Shown: piece by piece, positions 29,837 to 38,741 of the stretch
Position numbering within the stretch: the first letter of the stretch is position 1
How the letters are laid out: each line of letters begins with the position of its first letter
Assembly (NCBI GenBank): GCA_045533905.1
Contig: JAZSIR010000004.1
Coordinates: 1-38,741 of the forward strand
DNA from: Clostridia bacterium
Lineage (GTDB): Bacteria; Bacillota; Clostridia; UMGS1883; UMGS1540
Length of the DNA: 38,741 nucleotides
Direction: 5' to 3'
Made by a program: the position numbers and the translations under genes
Notes under the pieces: generated by a model
The model's input: only the letters and a program-made list of their open reading frames with translations
What the model was told of the DNA's origin: nothing
The model's database searches: none

Positions 29837-30796
29837 TTACTTTCGTTTTCCTGCATTTTTCTCATACGCGTCAATGATTTTCTGTACCAGCGGATGGCGT
29901 ACAACATCCTTTGCGGTGAGTGTGATAAAGGAAATACCCTCAATATTTTTCAAAATGGAAATGACATCCCGAAGGCCCGAACGTTTTCCGTCGGGAAGGT
30001 CAATCTGTGTAATGTCGCCCGTGATAATGGCTTTCGAGCCAAAGCCGATACGGGTAAGGAACATTTTCATCTGCTCAGGGGTAGTGTTCTGCGCTTCGTC
30101 TAAAATGATGAAGGCATCGTCAAGCGTGCGGCCGCGCATATAGGCAAGCGGCGCTACTTCAATCAGGCCGCGCTCAAAATATTTCATATAGCTTTCCGTG
30201 CCGAGCATATCGGAAAGGGCATCGTAGAGCGGGCGGAGATACGGGTCCACCTTATTCTGCAAATCCCCCGGTAGAAAGCCGAGCTTTTCACCGGCTTCCA
30301 CCGCCGGACGCGTTAAGATAATGCGGCTGACTTGTTTTTTGCGGAAGGCATCCACCGCAAGTGCTACGGCAAGATACGTTTTGCCCGTGCCGGCAGGGCC
30401 GATGCCAAACGTCACGGTGTTTTCGCGGATGGCATCCACATAGCGCTTTTGCCCGAGCGTTTTGGCCTTTACGGGCTTGCCCTTCGCCGTGATACATACA
30501 TAGTTTTCTGCAAGTGCACCGGCGGAGAAGGTGATGCCATCCTCCGCCATAGTGATGGCATAGCGCACGTCCTGCTCCGAAAGGCCTTCCCCTTTTTCAA
30601 GAAGGCCGCGCAGATTTTCAAATACATATACGGCTTTTTGCGCATTTGTATCCTCGCCCGTGATTTTAATCATCCCGTCGCGCACAACAAGCTGCACGTC
30701 AAGTTCCTTTTCAATGAGCATCAGATTTTTATCGAATGCACCGAAAAGCTCCGAGCAGTTAGTCATTCCGTTTATGTCAAAATATTTCTCCGTCAT
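29837..30796 (-). CDS. phoH: PhoH family ATPase
   Basis: GPAGTGKTYLA, RPAVEAGEKLGFLPG, LAYMRGRT, LDEAQN, GDITQIDL, VVRHPLV. Confidence 0.95.
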   Translation of the reverse strand: MTEKYFDINGMTNCSELFGAFDKNLMLIEKELDVQLVVRDGMIKITGEDTNAQKAVYVFENLRGLLEKGEGLSEQDVRYAITMAEDGITFSAGALAENYVCITAKGKPVKAKTLGQKRYVDAIRENTVTFGIGPAGTGKTYLAVALAVDAFRKKQVSRIILTRPAVEAGEKLGFLPGDLQNKVDPYLRPLYDALSDMLGTESYMKYFERGLIEVAPLAYMRGRTLDDAFIILDEAQNTTPEQMKMFLTRIGFGSKAIITGDITQIDLPDGKRSGLRDVISILKNIEGISFITLTAKDVVRHPLVQKIIDAYEKNAGKRK

Positions 30797-31976
30797 AGTC
30801 TGTTTCCTCCAGTATCTCACGGGTTTCCCCGATTTCTTCCACACATTCTGCCGTGCAAGTGACCTCTACCGTGTCGCCGTGCACGCTATGTGAAAAGGTG
30901 GTGGCGCAAATCGCATCCGCCTCCACAGGCAGTTTTTCAAGAAGCGTTTTTCCGTATAGGGCTTCTGCCTCTTCGCCCGAAAGCTGCACCGCTGAAGAAT
31001 CGGTTTCGTAATAGGTGTGCTTTGAAAGGGTTATGGGCAGATATAAGTGTCCCCAAAGTCTGGCCTTATAATTCTCCGTTTCCGTACGGAAAGAGGCAAA
31101 CGGTGCGCGGCCGGTATGCAGGGGAACGGAAAATTCGCCAAAGGAAAGGCTGTAGCGCGTCTTTTTTTCGCCGGTGTCCCTTTCATCGCGGCGAAGGAGG
31201 GGAAAGGTGGCGCTTTCCGTATACCAGGTTTTGGCAAGCACGGAGCCTTGCGCGTGTACCAAAAGCGTGCCGCCGTGCTTCGTTTCCACAGTGCCGCTTA
31301 TCAGAAGTGTTCCCGCCCGTACCACATCGCCTTCCTTCACAAGGGGCGTGCCGCGCTCAGCCGTGCAGCTTAAAATCACACCCTCGCGCGTGGCCGTGAT
31401 ATTGGAAGGGGTGCCGCTCGGCACCATTTGGGGCGCCGGCGTTTTCTCCCGCACGTGCACAAAGGCCGCCGTACCGCGGATTTCTACAAAGAGCCAGGAA
31501 AGATCGGGAATCTTACGAAGCATCTCGTCCTTAATTTCCCTCTCATCTACTTTATATTTTATCACACCGACGGAAAGACCGCAAGAGGAAAGGGCATTTC
31601 TTATGATATTTTTATCGATTGTTTCCACGCCGTCAATCTGAATTTCCCATATAAAAGAGGATAAAAAAGCCAGCAGAAGGGAAAAAAGCAAGATCCCCGC
31701 TACAAAAGCACCGCGTCGGCGATGACGGTGAAAAAGAAGCGGAAGTCCGCGTTTTTTCAGGATGTGCACCCCCGTCTTCGTCTTGCGGGCAGCCTCGCGC
31801 ATACGGAAAAATCCGGGGATGCTGACGGAGACTGTGGCCGCAGAATCGCCCTCTCGTCGAATGCTCCAGAGGAATATACCTTTTTTCACGCAAAGATTAA
31901 TAAATCGCTCAATGTATGGCCCGTAAAGGCGCAAAACAAGAAAACCGCGAAGGTAATGAAATACCGTGAAAAACAT
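30777..31976 (-). CDS. yqfD: Sporulation protein YqfD
   Basis: ERFINLC..GI.LW, FIWEIQIDG, G.PLVKEGDVV..G.LLISG; yqfC-yqfD-phoH synteny. Confidence 0.88.
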   Translation of the reverse strand: MFFTVFHYLRGFLVLRLYGPYIERFINLCVKKGIFLWSIRREGDSAATVSVSIPGFFRMREAARKTKTGVHILKKRGLPLLFHRHRRRGAFVAGILLFSLLLAFLSSFIWEIQIDGVETIDKNIIRNALSSCGLSVGVIKYKVDEREIKDEMLRKIPDLSWLFVEIRGTAAFVHVREKTPAPQMVPSGTPSNITATREGVILSCTAERGTPLVKEGDVVRAGTLLISGTVETKHGGTLLVHAQGSVLAKTWYTESATFPLLRRDERDTGEKKTRYSLSFGEFSVPLHTGRAPFASFRTETENYKARLWGHLYLPITLSKHTYYETDSSAVQLSGEEAEALYGKTLLEKLPVEADAICATTFSHSVHGDTVEVTCTAECVEEIGETREILEETDYDGEIF

Positions 31977-31987
31977 AGAATCCCCCT

Positions 31988-32266
31988 TTATTCCAGCTCA
32001 ATTTTCCGAATGATGCCGGAAATGGTAATGTCCTCATCCGTAATCTCTGTAACATCCATCTCCTCGCCGCAGAGTGTAACAATGCCGGCGCTTGTGTATA
32101 GGCGGATCGTTTCGCGCCCGAGCTCAATAACACCTTTGTAGTTTTCCACGGTGGCTTCTTTGCCCGCCAGAAGAGAGATGCGCGGCATCGAAAGCGCAAT
32201 TTCCTTCGGCAGCTCCATCGCATCCGCTATTTTTTCCCGCAGGGGCGTTTTGTTTCGTTTTCGCAT
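31988..32266 (-). CDS. yqfC: YabP/YqfC family sporulation protein
   Basis: ELPKEI...PRISL.G, ENYKGVIE, ITISGII. Confidence 0.88.
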   Translation of the reverse strand: MRKRNKTPLREKIADAMELPKEIALSMPRISLLAGKEATVENYKGVIELGRETIRLYTSAGIVTLCGEEMDVTEITDEDITISGIIRKIELE

Positions 32267-32337
32267 TAAATCAGTCCTTTCCCCATATGTATATGAGAAA
32301 GAAAGTGGAAAAAAACCGATTTTCGGGAGGAAATGCT

Positions 32338-33369
32338 ATGAAAAAAACAGTACGGGCAGGGGCAGTCGTTCTCTGCCTTCTCATTGCGGCCTTTCCGCAG
32401 ATTGCGGCGGAGGCTGCGCGTGGCGCGCTTTCCCTCTGTGCCCGCGTGCTTGTACCATCGCTCTTTCCTTTTATGGTCTGCAGCGGTATTCTTCTGGGCG
32501 GCGGAAACGCTTCCGGGTTTTGGGGAAGGATGGCCGCGAAAGTTTTTGGTCTGTCGCCCCGCGGGGGCGCGGCGGCGCTGCTCGGCTTTCTGTCCGGCTA
32601 TCCCGCGGGCGCGGCCGTGGCCGCAAACCTTTTCCGCGAAGGGCAGATTACGCGCGGCGAGGCAGAAAAGCTTCTTTCGTTTACGAATAACCCCAGCCCT
32701 CTTTTTGCATTGGGGGCGGTGGGAATGGAGATGTACCAAAGCCGCGCGGTCGGCTATGTACTCTGGGGGTCCGCGCTTCTCGCTTCTTTCTGCACAGGCA
32801 TTTGTATGCGCTTTTTCTGGAAAAGTAAAGAAACTTCCGGCGCAGCCCCGCATACGCAAAGCGGCGGGAATGCCGTGGAAAAAGCCGTGGAGACGGTGCT
32901 TACGCTTTGCGGCTTTGTCGTCCTTTTTTCGGTGGTGACGGCTTTTTTCGAAAAGGGCGGCGTTCTTATACTTTTCAGCAGCTTTTTACAGTTTCTGGGG
33001 ATGGGGGAGAACACGGCCGGCTTCGTAAGCCATGCCCTACTGGATGTGTCCGCCGCGACAGCATATGTCGGTGCGCTTCCGACGGTAGCGGCGCTCCTTT
33101 CTCTTGGCGGCGTTTCCGTTTTCCTGCAAACAATGCTCCTTGTGCGTAAGGTGGGGCTTTCGGTGAAAAGCTATTTTGCAGGAAAGCTTTTGTCGGGCGG
33201 GCTTGCCGCTTTCTTTTGTAGCCTTTTTCTTACCGTTTTTCCGGGCGCGGCGCCGGTGCTGGCACCTGCAGTTTCCTCTTTTTCTTCTGTGCAGTATTTT
33301 CCTTCGACGCTTTTCCTTACGGCAATTCTGTGGGTATTTTTGCGGCACGGCAGAAAGAATCCCGCGTAG
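32338..33369 (+). CDS. ylbJ: Sporulation integral membrane protein YlbJ-like
   Basis: LVPSLFPF, GFLSGYPAGA, LLSFTNNPSPLF.LGAVG, CGFVVLFSV; GGGAGG RBS. Confidence 0.8.
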   Translation: MKKTVRAGAVVLCLLIAAFPQIAAEAARGALSLCARVLVPSLFPFMVCSGILLGGGNASGFWGRMAAKVFGLSPRGGAAALLGFLSGYPAGAAVAANLFREGQITRGEAEKLLSFTNNPSPLFALGAVGMEMYQSRAVGYVLWGSALLASFCTGICMRFFWKSKETSGAAPHTQSGGNAVEKAVETVLTLCGFVVLFSVVTAFFEKGGVLILFSSFLQFLGMGENTAGFVSHALLDVSAATAYVGALPTVAALLSLGGVSVFLQTMLLVRKVGLSVKSYFAGKLLSGGLAAFFCSLFLTVFPGAAPVLAPAVSSFSSVQYFPSTLFLTAILWVFLRHGRKNPA

Positions 33370-33373
33370 TCTC

Positions 33374-33402
33374 TTGCGAAAAAGGCGCATATATGCTATA
33401 CT
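33374..33402 (+). promoter_or_regulatory. Sigma-A-type promoter
   Basis: TTGCGA-17 bp-TATACT with TGn extension. Confidence 0.55.
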
Positions 33403-33434
33403 GAAAGAAGAATTTTGGAAAGAGGACTCCCAAT

Positions 33435-34964
33435 ATGCTCACCTTTCACAGCGGTACCCATACGCGCCTTGAGGTCTTCCCCGAGCCGGGCGCAGAAAAT
33501 GCGGCGGTTCTCCGCCTTATAAGCGATGCAGAAATAAAGACTGTACGTTCTGAAAACCGTGCGCGTGTGTCATTTGCCATCGGAAAACATACCGATTATC
33601 TTCTCGATACGAGCGGCGCCGCGGTGCGCCTTCTGTATCTTACAGACTGTGAAGATCTTTTCGGGCGCGGCATCTGTCTGCTGCCGAAGGCAGAACCGAA
33701 AGAGCCGGGGTTTACCTTTTCACCTCTTTTCGGCCGATTCCTTGCGCCGTTGACCTTTTGCTTTTTCGAGGGAAGGTATCATATGTTTTACACGTGCGAC
33801 CTTTTTGAAAACGGCCAGAGTTATCTTTGCCACGCCGTCTCCGGGGATAACTGCAACTGGTGCCACCTGCCCGTGACAGCGGCACCCGCTCGGGAAATGT
33901 GCCGAAGTGATTACAGAACGGGCGGTATTTCGGATGGTGGCATAGAGGTTTTCGAAGACTTTGTGCGGCTGTATTATATGCAGACTGTGTGCGAACGGGA
34001 GAGCGGAAGGCAGCTTCTTTCCTACCCGGTGCAAACAGAAAGCCGCGATATGCGCGCATTTGCGGAAGAAACGCCGCTTCGCTTTTCGGAAGAGGCGGAA
34101 AGAGAACAAGAAGGGCTTTGCGTAGCCGGTGCTGCGGGCGAAATGTACCTTACAAGAAGCGGATGCGAAGGCGGACACGCCGCCTTATTTCTCTATCGTA
34201 AAAACAGCAAAGTGTGGGAGGCGGCAGGCCCTCCCGTCCGGGAAAAGAAGGAGGCGTTCTGGCACGACGGTGCATTTTTCGGCATCGGCAGAACACACGC
34301 GGCCATCGGCACCTTCGGAGAAGGCAGCTTTGCGCCTACACGCTGGCAGACGGGCAGCTTAGGGCGGACAGAATTTCGCGTTCGCCATCGTGGTACGCTC
34401 GATTTCGGTGGCGACCTCAAGGCACCGCGAACCTTTTCGGACGGCAATCGCCGTATTCTTCTCGGTAAAATCGGCGAAAGACTCTCGTATCCGAGGGAAA
34501 TTACCGCAAAAGGAGGCTGCCTTTTCGTAAATCCTGCGCGAGAAGTCTACGAAAGATTGGGAGAGCTTTTGTATGAAGGCGACGGGAATGTGACGCTTCG
34601 GCCGAAAGATGCGGCATATGCGGTTGAAATCACCTTCTGTGGCGAAACGGAAAGCCGCCTCCGGTTTGGAGAAGGCAAGGAGGCCGTGCTTTTCGAAAGT
34701 AGCGGCGGCATCTGCACCTTCGGGGAAGGGCGTACCTATAAAACAACAGTACAAAGGCTTTTCTGCCTTGTTTTTAAGGATGGCGCAGAGGTATTCATAA
34801 ACGGCGGCGAAACTGCCGGCACGCGCGAAGGCTATGCAGGCGGGATCTTCTCTGCTTCTTTTTCCGCGTCGCAAAATGCACGGGTTTCGGTGTGGGCACT
34901 GTTGCCGTTGGAAGAGGTACCGCAGGAAGATTCCTTTTTGTGCGGAGAAACCTTCGAGTTTTGA
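33435..34964 (+). CDS. Divergent glycoside hydrolase family 32-like protein, apparently lacking the catalytic acids
   Basis: Scaffold motifs GRYHMFY, HAVSGD..NW.HLP, LDFG, DGNRRILLG, LSYPREI, AEVFINGG; no NDPNG, RDP or EC motif. Confidence 0.65.
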   Translation: MLTFHSGTHTRLEVFPEPGAENAAVLRLISDAEIKTVRSENRARVSFAIGKHTDYLLDTSGAAVRLLYLTDCEDLFGRGICLLPKAEPKEPGFTFSPLFGRFLAPLTFCFFEGRYHMFYTCDLFENGQSYLCHAVSGDNCNWCHLPVTAAPAREMCRSDYRTGGISDGGIEVFEDFVRLYYMQTVCERESGRQLLSYPVQTESRDMRAFAEETPLRFSEEAEREQEGLCVAGAAGEMYLTRSGCEGGHAALFLYRKNSKVWEAAGPPVREKKEAFWHDGAFFGIGRTHAAIGTFGEGSFAPTRWQTGSLGRTEFRVRHRGTLDFGGDLKAPRTFSDGNRRILLGKIGERLSYPREITAKGGCLFVNPAREVYERLGELLYEGDGNVTLRPKDAAYAVEITFCGETESRLRFGEGKEAVLFESSGGICTFGEGRTYKTTVQRLFCLVFKDGAEVFINGGETAGTREGYAGGIFSASFSASQNARVSVWALLPLEEVPQEDSFLCGETFEF

Positions 34965-34981
34965 AAATTTACATAAAAGGA

Positions 34982-35010
34982 TTGACTTTTGTCGGGGGCT
35001 ATGCTATAAT
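34982..35010 (+). promoter_or_regulatory. Near-consensus sigma-A promoter of the tRNA gene
   Basis: TTGACT-17 bp-TATAAT with TGn extension. Confidence 0.8.
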
Positions 35011-35027
35011 ACCACAGTGAACGAAAT

Positions 35028-35114
35028 GCTCGAGTGGCGGAACTGGCAGACGCCCGGGACTTAAAATCCCGTGGGAGCAATCCCGTACCGGTTCGATTCC
35101 GGTCTCGAGCACCA
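35028..35114 (+). tRNA. tRNA-Leu(UAA)
   Basis: Acceptor GCTCGAG/CTCGAGC plus ACCA, D-arm TGGCGGAACTGGCAGACGC, anticodon stem CGGGA-CTTAAAA-TCCCG, long variable arm, GGTTCGATTCC. Confidence 0.96.
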
Positions 35115-35145
35115 AAAAAGCATCGCCTGTTGCGATGCTTTTTTT
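35114..35145 (+). terminator. Intrinsic terminator after tRNA-Leu
   Basis: AAAAAAGCATCGC-CTGTT-GCGATGCTTTTTTT. Confidence 0.85.
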
Positions 35146-35174
35146 AGGACAATTTCAACGAAAGAGGAAAAAAC

Positions 35175-36539
35175 GTGAAAACATTCGAAAAAGACTTATC
35201 CCAGGGGAGCGTTGTGCGTCAGCTTCTGGCTTTTGCGCTTCCTTTCATTATCTCAAATTTAATCCAGGCACTTTATGGCGTCGTGGATATGATTGTTGTA
35301 GGGCGCTACTCGGGCCCGGAAAGTATGGCGGGCGTAAACGTTGGCGGGCAGATCACCTTGATCGTTACAAACCTTGTTATCGGTCTTTGCGCCGGCGGTA
35401 CAACGCTTATCGCACAGTATATGGGCGGCGGCAAACGGAAGGAACTGAAAGAAACCATTGGCACGCTTCTCACAACGCTCGTGGTTCTCGCACTGGTTTT
35501 AACGGCTTTCATGGTCTTTGCAAAAGGCGCACTTTTAAGCCTTGTAAAAACGCCCATAGAAGCGTTTTCGGAAGCCGATGATTATCTGCTTATCACGGCA
35601 CTCGGCACGATCTTTATTTTCGGCTACAATGCCCTTTCCGCCATTATGCGCGGTATGGGGGACAGTAAAAATCCTCTCATTTTCGTAGGCGTTGCCTGTG
35701 TTATCAATATTGTGCTTGACTATGTTCTCGTAGCCCTCGCCGGCATGGCGGCGCGCGGCGCGGCCATTGCCACCGTGGTTTCGCAGGCTGTCAGTATGAT
35801 TTTATGTATCGTGTACTTAAAGAAAAATCGCTTTATCTTTGACTTTAATATTAGCTCCTTCGGCTTTCATGCCGCACGCCTTAAAATGCTTTTGAAGGTT
35901 GGCGTGCCCACGTCCGTGCAGAACGTAATCGTAGGCCTTTCGTTCCTGTTTTTGACTTCCCTTGTAAACACAATGGGCCTTTCGGAAGCGGCGGCACTCG
36001 GCGCTGTGGCAAAGTTTAATTCCTTTGCCATCCTGCCGGCCATTGCCATGAGCGCTTCCATCGCCGCGATGAGCGGGCAGAACCTCGGTGCCGGCAAACC
36101 CGAACGCGCCGTAGAGACGATGCGCTTCGGCACAATGCTCGGCTTTTCAATGAGCTTTGTGATTTTCCTCATTGCACAGATTTTCCCGGAATTGGTGCTC
36201 AGCGCTTTCGGGGAGGATGCCGCGATGATTGAAGCCGGCAAAGCGTATATGCGCTCCTTTAACTTTGATTATTTATTTGCCTCGGTAATGTTTGGCGTAA
36301 ACGGTCTTTTCATCGGTAGTGGGCATACGACCTTCACACTTTTCAACAGCGTCCTTTCCTCAGTTCTTATCCGTGTGCCGGTGGCATATCTTTGCGGCAT
36401 TGTGCTGGATATGGGGATGTTCGGCGTCGGCCTTGCAGGTCCGTTTTCCTCTCTCGTGTCCCTCGTTCTTTGCATCATTTTCTATAAGACAGGGAAATGG
36501 AAGGAAATGGTCATATTAAAGCCCAAAACAGAAGAATAA
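35175..36539 (+). CDS. MATE family efflux transporter
   Basis: FALP, YGVVDMIVVG, RGMGDSKNPL, NIVLD, GAAIATVVSQ, GQNLGAG; about 12 TM segments; GTG start. Confidence 0.93.
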   Translation: MKTFEKDLSQGSVVRQLLAFALPFIISNLIQALYGVVDMIVVGRYSGPESMAGVNVGGQITLIVTNLVIGLCAGGTTLIAQYMGGGKRKELKETIGTLLTTLVVLALVLTAFMVFAKGALLSLVKTPIEAFSEADDYLLITALGTIFIFGYNALSAIMRGMGDSKNPLIFVGVACVINIVLDYVLVALAGMAARGAAIATVVSQAVSMILCIVYLKKNRFIFDFNISSFGFHAARLKMLLKVGVPTSVQNVIVGLSFLFLTSLVNTMGLSEAAALGAVAKFNSFAILPAIAMSASIAAMSGQNLGAGKPERAVETMRFGTMLGFSMSFVIFLIAQIFPELVLSAFGEDAAMIEAGKAYMRSFNFDYLFASVMFGVNGLFIGSGHTTFTLFNSVLSSVLIRVPVAYLCGIVLDMGMFGVGLAGPFSSLVSLVLCIIFYKTGKWKEMVILKPKTEE

Positions 36540-36552
36540 ATAAAAAAGGTTC

Positions 36553-36624
36553 TCCTTTAGAGGCGTACTCTAAAGGACAGTTGTTAAGCGTAAAGCGGTG
36601 TAACTATTAAGGTTGCACCGCTTT
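36553..36624. terminator. Two adjacent hairpins between the convergent MATE and recombinase genes
   Basis: TCCTTTAGAG-GCGTA-CTCTAAAGGA (36553-36577) and AAAGCGGTGTAACT...GGTTGCACCGCTTT (36592-36624). Confidence 0.6.
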
Positions 36625-36632
36625 TGCCGTGT

Positions 36633-38384
<1,752 letters not shown>

Positions 38385-38386
38385 TT

Positions 38387-38644
38387 TTATGAAAGTATCA
38401 AATTCTTGAATTGTTCTAATAAGGTCTGCTTACCTGATATATCAAAACTTGTTGACACAATATATTCCGTTTTGCCGATTTTAGTTATAAAATTAAGCTC
38501 GTCAAGCGGATATTTTATTTTATGGTGTTGTCTTTGGTTTGTGTCAATATAGTATTTGAGGTTTTCAAAGCTCTCATTTTCATCAAGTCTTGGTCTGTCA
38601 ACCAATATAATCGGGACAGGCTGCAATGTTATTTTCTTTGTCAT
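38387..38644 (-). CDS. Small TnpW-like transposon-encoded protein
   Basis: C-terminal KIGKTEYIVSTSF..SGKQTLLEQFKNLI resembles the TnpW family; directly upstream of the recombinase; AAGGTG RBS. Confidence 0.55.
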   Translation of the reverse strand: MTKKITLQPVPIILVDRPRLDENESFENLKYYIDTNQRQHHKIKYPLDELNFITKIGKTEYIVSTSFDISGKQTLLEQFKNLILS

Positions 38645-38741
38645 ATAAATTCACCTTACCTTTCGGGAGTATTACGCTTTTGTTGTTTCTTATAATAATT
38701 CTCACAAAGGCGTATAATCGTGTCCTCAATCTGTGCGTTTG

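Noticed and set aside
35028-35145. tRNA-Leu as the integration site of the downstream mobile element
   Set aside because: No duplicated tRNA 3' end seen, the terminator is intact, and the MATE gene between has host-like composition

Overview
Chromosomal segment of a spore-forming Clostridia-class (Oscillospirales/Ruminococcaceae-like) anaerobe; the taxon is inferred from spoIIGA-sigE, yqfCD, ylbJ, T-box leaders and sigma-A promoters. Mobile DNA sits at both edges: the left end of an IS3/IS150-like element (1-140) and the recombinase end of an AT-rich TnpX/TnpW-type serine-recombinase element (from about 36580). Between them lie pgk-tpiA-gpmI plus a TIM-barrel sugar epimerase, recA, a Phe T-box with pheST and a phosphoribosyltransferase, a Gfo/Idh/MocA oxidoreductase and ABC exporter, a Val T-box with acyl-CoA synthetase-valS-folC-rsmD-pfkA, spoIIGA-sigE, an AraC-linked galactonate (dgo) cluster with an embedded PHP hydrolase, yqfC-yqfD-phoH-pgpH-ybeY-cdd, ylbJ, a GH32-like protein, tRNA-Leu(UAA) and a MATE pump. 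Best leads: (1) a medium/branched-chain acyl-CoA synthetase is the first gene under a valine T-box, suggesting valine-starvation-induced isobutyrate salvage; (2) an intact GH32 homolog lacks all three catalytic motifs; (3) a PHP metallohydrolase sits inside the dgo operon; (4) a ~265 bp MITE-like element lies at a synteny break. All assignments come from motif recognition by eye; no database searches were run.
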